Source: an uncultured virus (IMG/VR IMGVR_UViG_3300032093_000098) (taxonomy: Duplodnaviria > Heunggongvirae > Uroviricota > Caudoviricetes). Taken from it: DNA of 64,000 nucleotides. Shown here piece by piece: positions 55,901-64,000 of the stretch. The notes below the pieces were generated by a model. It worked only from the letters and a program-made list of their open reading frames with translations. It was not told where the DNA came from and made no database searches. The position numbers were made by a program, and so were the translations under genes. Numbering within the stretch: position 1 is the first letter of the stretch; every line of letters starts with the position of its first letter. The DNA is taken from the IMG/VR virus record IMGVR_UViG_3300032093_000098; one strand, written 5' to 3'.

Positions 55901-57160
55901 ATAACCGCCGAGTACGCATGGAAGTCTGTGCCGGTAATCCCTGCTGCGGCTAAAATTGCCAAAGGAACCAATATCCGGTATGTGGACGGCAAACAGACAG
56001 AGGTGCCGATGACCACGGAAGACAAGGTAAACGTGATTTTGAAAAACGCTGCGGCAACAATGGTGTGGGCGGGGCTGATGGCGTCCATGTTTGATTACGA
56101 TGAAGAAGAGGAGAAAATTGTTCTTGACCCAGACTCCCCAATCAAGTTCTATGGATCAGCAGAAGATTCTAAACAGCGTGCCGAAATAGAGGCTGAAGGT
56201 GGCAAGGAGAATTCTATTAACGTTTTTGGAGTCAACATACCATTGCTTACACTTGGTTTTGCAATCGGTTCCGTTGGGAAGGTTCTTGGCGAAGTCTCTA
56301 ACGACATCAGGTTCTCCAAAGACGGATCGTCTGAATTGACCTTCGACAAAATGCTCGCGCTTGTTGTAGGCCAGATGACAGGCAGTGAGATGTCTGCTCC
56401 AAAAAGAGCCCTGGATAAGGTTTACCGAGGGTATGGTGAGCCAAAGGCCGGCGAAGCTCTCGAAATTTTGATGCTCGACGGAATCGAGACAGCGCTGTCT
56501 CCGTCTCAGATCGAGCAAATCAAAAATGACTACGAAGCGTGGAAAGGGTATCAAAAAGAAAAGAGGTCAGGAGTTGTTGACAATATTGTGGAAGACATAT
56601 ACTTCCTTGATGCCTTCATGGATACCAAGGGTGGCAAAATGTACGACCATTTTGGGCAGCCGGTGTATGTGACACCGAAGACCGACATTGTTACGTTTTT
56701 AATGCCCGAAAAAGTGTGGAAGGACGGGACAAGTCACGTTGAAAATAGTCCGTACTACAATCTCACAGAGCAAAAGTGGTTTCCAAAAAATTATTCGTCA
56801 TGGAACGCTAAGGCATGGAATGAAGTTCGTATCTTTGGCAAGACATACGAGGTGCCTATCGAGGATGAATTCAAGCAGTCGATCGGACTTGTGATTGACA
56901 AGGAGACATCTGCGGTTATCGATAGTCACCTTGATGTTATCAAGGGCTTGAATACCGACGACAGAAAGGTCGAAATGCTTAAGGACTACAGGCAACGTGC
57001 AGTGGACACTGTTCGAAGCGAGTTTGAGAGATTGACCGCCCGCGAAATATCCAAGTCTGTATCTCCAGGCATGCCCGAAGATCAGATCAGGGTCGCCGTA
57101 AGCAATGCCCGAGAAAAAGTGATTCTTGAAATGAGGACAAAATACAAAATAGATCAATGA
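52931..57160 (+). CDS. Large internal virion / ejection protein
   Basis: 1409 aa, helical, hydrophobic segments, YDHFGQPV near the C-terminus. Confidence 0.65.
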   Translation: MANPCKITYTPKGGNPREYDYAEFMTALKDGLFAELTRSGAINPNAMKGENPFVATKQKPSPKQTAQDRAVQSMHEFMKDGISAAYGDVKGGAYASRAREQRGMKDKDYVSYNQDSLNLLGQQKFQELLDRYNSGEKDVFDTVLEAMDNMTDRERKNSPVLSPLYSVVLTKAAHHFFMTGNMAAANKIYSELSASLSAKGQDISTASALSAPEQLANRLMFEDTGRQSFLNRVISGEMTIGEAISEIIAIARLDRDQVTSIVARVVPKVGKKIVVPTKSKQSDKRRAEVQAIKDILDKMKSGQPSAMRRGGQPSPSRQNRIPAEIIPHIEELARSYAEDGAVSVNQIKSRVWANLKGLIPGYKTDVDELIDQAAQSLESTIKSNKKASSEARLISALEGVIDDMDASRKKAVKILSDMILENDPGYVAARSRGEKVKARERLQKILANKTEAVGILSSARAIAEAQIMGNENIDPATKQAIINGIDDMVSDILDMPVGKSELRAASSALSDESVKDAIIDIAIKHYGDPQPGIENLAAQLVSDLGVDPAYANELQQLLQSEIADAVSKKMDKEAARIDRIVGNVLAGKEVRKAVVNAITKGELTDTMLGDALMNALDYRGFSAKDIETLRNYFTRLQQLTPGEELYQQINRYINDVLSDYDETTAAMIGRWLTEQMYISALSSVMNTAVMASGVGAVVSTIQHGIFTAIMNPSRMARALKHARSMRKAKATMGWETVAAKWSKPESQFGETTLLERPEEKSHGAVVRVTQKTFAQIFEDIAKAKGNRKGYFIAQAVLKAINHSVTMSGARKRKWMPSFSQISMTMMSAQDILMGGFLQDMYSYIEADRYVHNLNRLSGVPMKKGTEAWSQYKKAKLDEILSAGSGAIEKMQLEVEEEAMDLIRKGEELPKGWRRRRLRDKIHKAMPAEVVNEMAHQAKKALLLQKPETSLGAWIFDGVSRAQGIKDSDNAGRVFGKTILNMTLGFMRLNIITAEYAWKSVPVIPAAAKIAKGTNIRYVDGKQTEVPMTTEDKVNVILKNAAATMVWAGLMASMFDYDEEEEKIVLDPDSPIKFYGSAEDSKQRAEIEAEGGKENSINVFGVNIPLLTLGFAIGSVGKVLGEVSNDIRFSKDGSSELTFDKMLALVVGQMTGSEMSAPKRALDKVYRGYGEPKAGEALEILMLDGIETALSPSQIEQIKNDYEAWKGYQKEKRSGVVDNIVEDIYFLDAFMDTKGGKMYDHFGQPVYVTPKTDIVTFLMPEKVWKDGTSHVENSPYYNLTEQKWFPKNYSSWNAKAWNEVRIFGKTYEVPIEDEFKQSIGLVIDKETSAVIDSHLDVIKGLNTDDRKVEMLKDYRQRAVDTVRSEFERLTAREISKSVSPGMPEDQIRVAVSNAREKVILEMRTKYKIDQ

Positions 57161-57161
57161 T

Positions 57162-57386
57162 ATGCACATAATAGATCAAGCGACACATCCTTCTGACAAC
57201 CCTGGAGAGCAGGCTTTCGCAATTATCGTGACAGCTATTGCTGCCGTTGTCTCTTGGCAAGAGCAGTCCGAGTGGTTTTTTAGAATATTGTCACTATTGC
57301 TGGCTTCAGTGGTCTCTGCGATCGTCTTGATTAAGCACTACAATGAGCTTTCTAAGAAAAACGGGCGCAGGCGTAGAACAAAATAA
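57162..57386 (+). CDS. Putative holin
   Basis: Two hydrophobic segments and a basic C-terminal tail. Confidence 0.55.
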   Translation: MHIIDQATHPSDNPGEQAFAIIVTAIAAVVSWQEQSEWFFRILSLLLASVVSAIVLIKHYNELSKKNGRRRRTK

Positions 57387-57526
57387 ATGCCGCGAACATG
57401 CTGGTTCAGCGGCAAATATTAGTTTCGTCTCCCGACGTGTTGTTAAACTTTTGCAAAAATATCAAAAAACACACTAAAAATCCAAATTAAATTAATTAGT
57501 GTTAATTTTGCAGCAGTAAGTCTGAT

Positions 57527-58180
57527 ATGATAAAAATTAACATTGCCAACCCTGAGTTCCCTGAGTTGTCCGAATACAACCGAATCATGGGGTATCTCAA
57601 GGGGCAGTACCCTGAGCTATCCGTGTCTGTGGTTCGATCTGGCGACAATTATGCTATGAGCAAGGTGTCTGTATCGAGAGTTCGAGAGACTCATGTTCTT
57701 GCGGAGGGGTTCGCTATATATCCGCACTCACCAAACGCGGCTATCGGGCAATTAAAAGCCGATATTATCGCGATCACTCGATGCATGAAAGAGCTCGGTA
57801 TTGAGTTTGAGTACATAGACTTTCACGTTTCTCGCCCCGAGCAAGTGCACGTTACGCGCTCAAAAATGAACTCTTGCGTATCTGTAAGACAGCTTGTCTC
57901 TGTTTTAGAGGATGCCAATCACGAAAAACTACCAGAGGTATTAGCGTTTGTTGAGTCAAAGAGAGCCAAAGGTGGCCGCCCGAGTAAGAAGTCTATTATC
58001 GACATGGTTTTCTCTTCTCAAGAGGTAGACAAGAGGTCTTCGCCGTTGAGAACTGGAATTGAATGGGCAAACGTAAAGAGGTTGTGGGCAGATAAATTTC
58101 AGTCTTCAAAGTTTGTCAAACAATACAAAAGTCTTGATGAATTTTGTACATTTGCAACCGAAGAAGAGGTTAGCCAATGA
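57527..58180 (+). CDS. Hypothetical protein
   Basis: ORF preceded by a TAATTTTG box. Confidence 0.6.
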   Translation: MIKINIANPEFPELSEYNRIMGYLKGQYPELSVSVVRSGDNYAMSKVSVSRVRETHVLAEGFAIYPHSPNAAIGQLKADIIAITRCMKELGIEFEYIDFHVSRPEQVHVTRSKMNSCVSVRQLVSVLEDANHEKLPEVLAFVESKRAKGGRPSKKSIIDMVFSSQEVDKRSSPLRTGIEWANVKRLWADKFQSSKFVKQYKSLDEFCTFATEEEVSQ

Positions 58181-61100
58181 ATTTAGATTCGGTGGTAAAA
58201 ATACAAGTTGAAGGAAACGACATGGTGTCGTTTCTTGACTCGTCGAACGACTATGTGCATTCGGTTAACCAAGTCATTCCTACCAATACTCCTACATACC
58301 TATCTTACAGGTACGATAGGATTACTATATCTCAAGACCCGGGTAGTTCTATTTCTTTTTCCGTTTATGCGATCCAAGAGGTTGGGGGAAACTCATTCAC
58401 TCCGCTTTCGTTTCAGAGTCCTGCGGAAGATGTCTTAAAGAGAACAAAGGATATTTACAAACTACTCGTCTCTTCTGTTTTCAAGGGGTGTTGCGACTGC
58501 GGTGACTCTTCCCAAGAGTGTTCCATACATTATACGCATGGAGACGCCACTGTAGATGGCCATTTTTTGTACGATCCCGGCAATGCTATTAAATTTTCGT
58601 ATGTTACTGGCGGCAACCAGGATTTCTCAGGGTTTTTCCCGATTGTTCAGGATGGATCTTGGGTTTTTGTCTTTAGCAAAACTGACCCAACGGTGTATGC
58701 CGTTCTTCAATTGTCTTCTTTTGTTGATGCCGGCACCTACTGTGTTTTTAGCGCCACTGAGCTTAATGCTAACGGGGTGCCGTTTGTTGATGGAACTGAG
58801 TTTTGCATTCAGTTTACCAGCGTAGGCGGAAGCTTGGTTCAGGGTCTTCAGGATGTCATCACTCACGACCCGGTTTTAACAACAGACAATTCGGTAGACG
58901 GCAACAGCACGGACATGAACTGGATCGATTTTGATACGTTCACTGTAACCGGAACCTCTGCTGTAGAGCTTGAGGTGCATAACGGAACAGGGAGAGCTTC
59001 TGTTCTTGCGGGGACAGGGGAGGCCGAGGTTTTGTACTACACGTCTGGAGTCCCCATTGGCTTCATTGCTACGTCTACAGAGACGAAGGTTGTAACACCC
59101 GCCGTAAGCACAGGCGCGGCAACGCCAGGACAGGTATTGACCCTTGTGTCGATCGATGGGTCTGCGGAATGGCAAACACCCGCGTCAGGATCTGGAACGG
59201 TTACGTCAGTAGACATAACTGTGCCGTCTGCCTTCTCCGCTTCCGGCGGCCCGATCACATCCGCAGGAACGATTGCTATATCCGCCGTTGGTACGTCGGG
59301 TCAATACATTAAGGGGGACGGAACGCTTGGTAATTTTCCTGATCTTGGCGGTGGCGCCTCTGTGAATTATTACCTTAACGGCTCTGTTAACCAGGGCGTT
59401 TTTGGCGGAGATACTTATTACGAAATGAACAGGGTGCCTGTCGTTGGATCGGGTACTAACTTTACAATAGCAACCAACGGATATATAGCTCAATTTATAA
59501 CAGATGCAAACGACCCGTCTCAACTTAATATACCAGCGGGCAATTGGAATTTTGAGATGTATTTCCAAGCGTCAAGCGCAGGCGGGAGCCCTTCATTTTA
59601 TGTAGAGCTATACAAATGGGATGGAGCGGCTTTTACTTTAATAGCATCAAGTTCTGCTAGCCCTGAAGGAATAACTAATGGCACAACACTAGATTTATAT
59701 CTTACCGCATTGGCTGTACCCGCCACCACTTTGGCTCTCACAGATAGATTAGCGGTAAGGGTGTATGTAAATAATAGCGGTAGGACAATTACCCTGCATA
59801 CGGAAGACAACAATCTGTGTCAAGTTATAACCACTTTTACAACGGGTTTAACCGCATTGAATGGACTTACTGCACAAGTACAGAATTTAGCAGTAGGAAC
59901 ATCGGGAACTGACTTTAATATTAGTTCTGTTACAGCAACACACACGTTTAATTTACCAACGGCCTCAGCTACGAACAGAGGTGCCTTATCTTCTTCCGAC
60001 TGGACAACATTTAATTCGAAGGAGCCCGCGATAGCTGCCGGCACTACGGCTCAGTATTGGAGGGGTGACAAGACGTGGCAAACTCTCGACACTCTTGTTG
60101 TTCCTGAAAACACCAATCTTTACTTCACCAACTCAAGGGCAAGGCTTTCTATCAGCCTGACAACTACGGGAACAAGCGGTGCGGCCACTTACGATAACAC
60201 TACCGGGGTGTTAAATATCCCGCAATATTCGTCTGGTGGGGGAGGTGGTATATCGTCTCTTAATGGCCTTACCGCAGCGACACAGACGTTTGCTGTTGGC
60301 ACATCAGGCACAGATTTTGGCATATCTTCCACTTCTTCGACTCACACATTTAATTTGCCGACAGCCTCAGCCACAAACAGAGGTGCGCTTTCTTCTACCG
60401 ACTGGACTACATTTAACGACAAGGCTCCAACAAGTTCCCCTGCGTTCACAGGCGTCCCAACAGCGCCTACCGCAGCGTCTGGAACGAGTACCACCCAAAT
60501 AGCCACTACGGCATTTGTTCAGAACGCAGTAGCGCAGTCGGCCTCTCCTGAGTCAACATTTGGTGATGGATCTGACGGAAACGTCACGGTAACCGGACCT
60601 ATCAGCCTGACGTCCGACATGTACTACAACGACCTGACCATCTCTGGTGCGGGGTCAATCAATATGGCTGGGTACAGGGTGTTTGTGACCGGCAATCTTG
60701 ACTTATCGAACGCAGGCGCAAGTGCTCTCCATGCTAATGGTACAAGCGGGATAAACAACGCTACATCAGCAGCCGCTGCCGGGCAGCGCGGAGGAGTCGG
60801 GGTGACCTCCCCAGGATGGGGAACCGCCGAGTCGGGCGTCGCGCTTGGAGGCACGAGCGGGGCTGGTGGTACGTCACCTACAGGAAACGGAGCAAACGGC
60901 TCTGCCCCTACAAGTATAGGGGCCAACACGAGACATACAAGCGGTGGACCCGGTGGAGCCGGTGGAGCCGGTGGAGCTGCGACAGGAACCGGGGGAACCG
61001 GAGGCGCAGCACAGTCAACCTCAACATCTCCTGTGGCAAACGTGATAAGAACATTTATACACGCGGCAAGAAATCTTGACTTCACAAGGTATACAATTAA

Positions 61101-61656
61101 TTCTTCGAGCGGCGGTGCTTATGTTGCTGTCAATACTTGCGGCGGTAGACATGGCGGAGGCGGTGCCGGTGGCGGTGCCTCGACCGGTAACGGCAAGTCT
61201 GGCGGATCTGGTGGAGGAGGAGGCGGTATAGCTGTGATATACGCAAGGCAAATTACAGTCGGAGCCTCCACTAATTCGGCGGCGATTTCTGCCCTTGGTG
61301 GGAATGGCGGTGCTGGCGGAACATCTGCGTTCAATAGCGGTGGCGGCGGCGGCGGTGGTGCCGGCGGCGGCGGTTATGTGTACCTTGTTTTTGGATCTGT
61401 CACCGGTGGTTCGTATACGTTTGTATCAGCGGCCGGAGGAACAGGCGGAACGGGTAGTGACGGGACCGGACCGGGGGCTATTGGCGGAACAGGCGGAACA
61501 GGCGGGTCGGGGGGAAGAATAACGGCTATAAACCTGTCAACAGGAGATATGACGCACGTCGATGGGACAGGAAATGCGGCTTCAGCCCCGGTGACCGCAA
61601 CAACATCTACAGGAACCGCAGGGACCGTCGGAGGCACCTGCACATTCTCTTCTTGA
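58177..61656 (+). CDS. Tail fibre, Gly/Thr-rich
   Basis: [28 protein letters not shown], duplicated LNGLTA..DWTTFN unit, FGDGSDG plus Gly-rich C-terminus. Confidence 0.8.
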   Translation: MNLDSVVKIQVEGNDMVSFLDSSNDYVHSVNQVIPTNTPTYLSYRYDRITISQDPGSSISFSVYAIQEVGGNSFTPLSFQSPAEDVLKRTKDIYKLLVSSVFKGCCDCGDSSQECSIHYTHGDATVDGHFLYDPGNAIKFSYVTGGNQDFSGFFPIVQDGSWVFVFSKTDPTVYAVLQLSSFVDAGTYCVFSATELNANGVPFVDGTEFCIQFTSVGGSLVQGLQDVITHDPVLTTDNSVDGNSTDMNWIDFDTFTVTGTSAVELEVHNGTGRASVLAGTGEAEVLYYTSGVPIGFIATSTETKVVTPAVSTGAATPGQVLTLVSIDGSAEWQTPASGSGTVTSVDITVPSAFSASGGPITSAGTIAISAVGTSGQYIKGDGTLGNFPDLGGGASVNYYLNGSVNQGVFGGDTYYEMNRVPVVGSGTNFTIATNGYIAQFITDANDPSQLNIPAGNWNFEMYFQASSAGGSPSFYVELYKWDGAAFTLIASSSASPEGITNGTTLDLYLTALAVPATTLALTDRLAVRVYVNNSGRTITLHTEDNNLCQVITTFTTGLTALNGLTAQVQNLAVGTSGTDFNISSVTATHTFNLPTASATNRGALSSSDWTTFNSKEPAIAAGTTAQYWRGDKTWQTLDTLVVPENTNLYFTNSRARLSISLTTTGTSGAATYDNTTGVLNIPQYSSGGGGGISSLNGLTAATQTFAVGTSGTDFGISSTSSTHTFNLPTASATNRGALSSTDWTTFNDKAPTSSPAFTGVPTAPTAASGTSTTQIATTAFVQNAVAQSASPESTFGDGSDGNVTVTGPISLTSDMYYNDLTISGAGSINMAGYRVFVTGNLDLSNAGASALHANGTSGINNATSAAAAGQRGGVGVTSPGWGTAESGVALGGTSGAGGTSPTGNGANGSAPTSIGANTRHTSGGPGGAGGAGGAATGTGGTGGAAQSTSTSPVANVIRTFIHAARNLDFTRYTINSSSGGAYVAVNTCGGRHGGGGAGGGASTGNGKSGGSGGGGGGIAVIYARQITVGASTNSAAISALGGNGGAGGTSAFNSGGGGGGGAGGGGYVYLVFGSVTGGSYTFVSAAGGTGGTGSDGTGPGAIGGTGGTGGSGGRITAINLSTGDMTHVDGTGNAASAPVTATTSTGTAGTVGGTCTFSS

Positions 61657-61868
61657 TAATGGAAAGGATAATAATGATATGCAGTAATTGCTCGACAGAA
61701 CTCGGATATGTTGAAGTATCCGAGGTGAGCCAAGGATTTTATCGTAAGTATATTTGCGGGGTGTGTATGGCTAACCTTGTGCCAGACAGCAATAGCCCGA
61801 TAGAGGATATTCCTGAGGAACCCCCTATTGATGAAGAGCCAATAAATGAAGAGCCAATAAACGAATAA
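61653..61868 (+). CDS. Small Zn-ribbon protein with acidic repeats
   Basis: CSNC..CGVC; EEPP/EEPIN repeats. Confidence 0.5.
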   Translation: MIMERIIMICSNCSTELGYVEVSEVSQGFYRKYICGVCMANLVPDSNSPIEDIPEEPPIDEEPINEEPINE

Positions 61869-61879
61869 GGGCAATAAAG

Positions 61880-63964
61880 ATGAAAATTAACTCAGTAAAA
61901 TTTAAGGATAAAAATTCCTTTAATAAAAACAAGTCTAAAAGGAATGTTATTGAATTCCATGAGCCTTTTGGTATAATTGTATTTGCAGACGAGCAGCCAG
62001 TTGAGCCAGATGTGCAAAAGGTTTCATGTGTCACCGAAGTTACTTCTGATCTTGAGGAAATACCGTCAGGACTTGCTGTAGTAAGGGCTAATGATTACGC
62101 CAAGGCTATTGAATTAGTAAAATCTTTAGGATATAATATAGTTGAAGAGTTTAAAGCACTGTCTCAATTTGTAGTAGACATGCCTGAGTTTACTGAATTT
62201 AAAGATTTCAAAAATACTCTTATTTCTGACTCTATATCAGAAGTAATAGAGGACATGATTGTAAAAGTAGTAGAACAAGGTGATACTACCCCGTATTCTG
62301 GTCACTGGCACTTTGCTAATTTAAAGGCTCAGCAGGCTTGGGATCAATTGCCCGCCGGTGTTGTAAAAGATATCGCTGTTCTTGATATTGCCTGCGATGT
62401 TAATCATGAAGACCTTATTGGAAGAACTAATTTAAACTGGAATTGTGTTACTGACACTCCTGACGTAGCCCCGGTTTCGGTAAACGAAAAACATGGAACT
62501 TGCTGTGCTGGAATTATAGCTGCAGCCACTAATAATAATGTTGGCGTAGCTTCACTTGGTAATAATCAACTTAGAGTACAATTTTTACATATAGGGTATA
62601 ATTCAACTTCTTCTGGCTCATTTAGTACATCAGATAGTATTTTAACAAGAGCTGTAAATAAAGCAATGGCAAATCCTGATTGTGTAGGAATTTCTATGTC
62701 TTTTGGTGGTGGTGGATACCGCACCGCTTTTGCTCAAGCTTTACTATTAGCCTCTACAACAGGGAGAGAAGGTAAGGGTATTCCTTGTATGGCTTCTTCA
62801 GGAAATAGTAATTCAAATGAATTTACTCAATATCCTGCTTGCTATCCAGGGGTAATGGCAATTGGGGCATCCACTTCAGCAAACACAAGAGCTTCTTTTA
62901 GTAATTACGGAACAAAACTCTTTGCTTCTGCCCCAGGAACCTCTGTAATAACAACAGACAGAACTGGAGCTGATGGATATCACCCAACTAATTATCATTA
63001 TTTTTCTGGAACATCAGCAGCTTGCCCTGTTTTTGCTGCTGTTGTTGGGGCTTGTTTGATTAAAAACCCAAACTTGACAGATTCTCAATTGAAGGTAGTT
63101 CTTGCAAATTCATGTAGAAAAATTGGCGGATATGTTTATGATACAAATGGAAAATCCTTAGAGTTAGGATACGGTATTATAGATATGGATCTTGCTGTTA
63201 GAAACGCTGGCCAAGCAGTGGTTACACCTCCGCCACCCCCACCTCCAGCACCTATTAATGTAGATATTACTTCATCAATAACAGCAAATAGTATTGCTAC
63301 AATAGGAACACCATTGAGTGTATTTTTGTCGATTAGCATGAATCAGGAACCTGGATTTGCATTAACAAATATTCCTTTTAGGTTTTTTGTTAACCAAGGA
63401 ACAAGTTCTGAATTTAGTTCCGCGTCTTATGCCATTACCAGTGCTTTTCTTCAGCTTGGAAATGGGTTGTATTCTGCAAATACAACGATTAACTTTATTA
63501 TCCCTACAAATTTTACTACTGGTCAATACACCTTGGTTTGTCAAGTAGATCATACTAATGTTGTTAACGAAACCAATGAAAGCAACAATACATTTTCAAG
63601 AGCTATTACTTTGGTGTCCCCAATACCAGAACCCCCTGTTGGTACTGTTGATTTAGGGATTGTGCTAAAAGACTTCTCTTGGTCAAGTGGTAGATTAAGA
63701 ATCGGCTATGACTTAAAAAACAATGGTTCAGCCACAATTAACTCTTTCACATTGGTTAGAGGATTTGAAGGCAATACTCAATTGACATCGAACAGTAATC
63801 AGACCCTTAGACCCGGGCAGTCTGTTTACATTAACACTAATTGGCCGACAACCCTCACCCCTCAATTACCTGCGGTTTTTAGAGCTACATTAACTAAGGT
63901 TAACGGGCAAAATGCGGATAGTAATGCAGCTAACAATGTGTCAACATTATTAATTACTACATGA
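61880..63964 (+). CDS. S8 subtilisin-like serine peptidase with CARDB-like domains
   Basis: IAVLD, HGTCCAG, SSGN, GTSAACP; Pro linker; VDHTNVVNETNESNN and DSNAANN motifs. Confidence 0.9.
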   Translation: MKINSVKFKDKNSFNKNKSKRNVIEFHEPFGIIVFADEQPVEPDVQKVSCVTEVTSDLEEIPSGLAVVRANDYAKAIELVKSLGYNIVEEFKALSQFVVDMPEFTEFKDFKNTLISDSISEVIEDMIVKVVEQGDTTPYSGHWHFANLKAQQAWDQLPAGVVKDIAVLDIACDVNHEDLIGRTNLNWNCVTDTPDVAPVSVNEKHGTCCAGIIAAATNNNVGVASLGNNQLRVQFLHIGYNSTSSGSFSTSDSILTRAVNKAMANPDCVGISMSFGGGGYRTAFAQALLLASTTGREGKGIPCMASSGNSNSNEFTQYPACYPGVMAIGASTSANTRASFSNYGTKLFASAPGTSVITTDRTGADGYHPTNYHYFSGTSAACPVFAAVVGACLIKNPNLTDSQLKVVLANSCRKIGGYVYDTNGKSLELGYGIIDMDLAVRNAGQAVVTPPPPPPPAPINVDITSSITANSIATIGTPLSVFLSISMNQEPGFALTNIPFRFFVNQGTSSEFSSASYAITSAFLQLGNGLYSANTTINFIIPTNFTTGQYTLVCQVDHTNVVNETNESNNTFSRAITLVSPIPEPPVGTVDLGIVLKDFSWSSGRLRIGYDLKNNGSATINSFTLVRGFEGNTQLTSNSNQTLRPGQSVYINTNWPTTLTPQLPAVFRATLTKVNGQNADSNAANNVSTLLITT

Positions 63965-64000
63965 AATGAAGAAAATCTTAAAATATTTACAACTATTTGA

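Noticed and set aside
44660..57160. Virion RNA polymerase as in crAss-like phages
   Set aside because: No convincing DFDID/DxDGD catalytic motif seen; the modules look like peptidase/ART-type cargo. An HMM search is needed to exclude it fully
1..64000. Stop-codon reassignment
   Set aside because: Large genes are intact under the standard code, and TAA, TAG and TGA all end tightly packed genes

Overview
The window is most of the genome of a tailed dsDNA phage. Its host is probably in Bacteroidota, judging by TTG..N16-17..TAnnTTTG promoters, AT-rich leaders that mostly lack Shine-Dalgarno sites, and a BT4734/VirE-type primase domain. Layout: 1-7.6 kb, minus-strand early/recombination genes (NinB-like, PD-(D/E)XK nuclease, SAM-lyase-like, tRNA-like elements, two long structured non-coding stretches); 7.7-9.1 kb, non-coding repeat-rich region (possible terminus, packaging site or origin); 9.8-13.9 kb, small genes partly bounded by integron attC-like sites; 14-22.7 kb, minus-strand replication module (metallophosphoesterase, DnaA-C HTH, SSB, primase-helicase, initiator); 22.9-64 kb, plus-strand late module (Tad1-like, GroES-like, TerL, portal, capsid, crAss-like short-tail proteins, giant cargo proteins, ferritin, holin, tail fibre, subtilase). 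Most unusual signals: (1) the same kissing-loop/terminator leader built twice from unrelated sequences; (2) antisense integron-like cassettes with complementary ends; (3) a modular virion polyprotein with a zincin motif, GQ[PA]S linkers, and ART-like and SAM-lyase-like modules; (4) two giant proteins whose only cysteines sit at their facing ends, with a ferritin gene between them; (5) a 44-aa gene overprinted inside the giant ORF. All family assignments are by-eye motif recognition; no searches were run.
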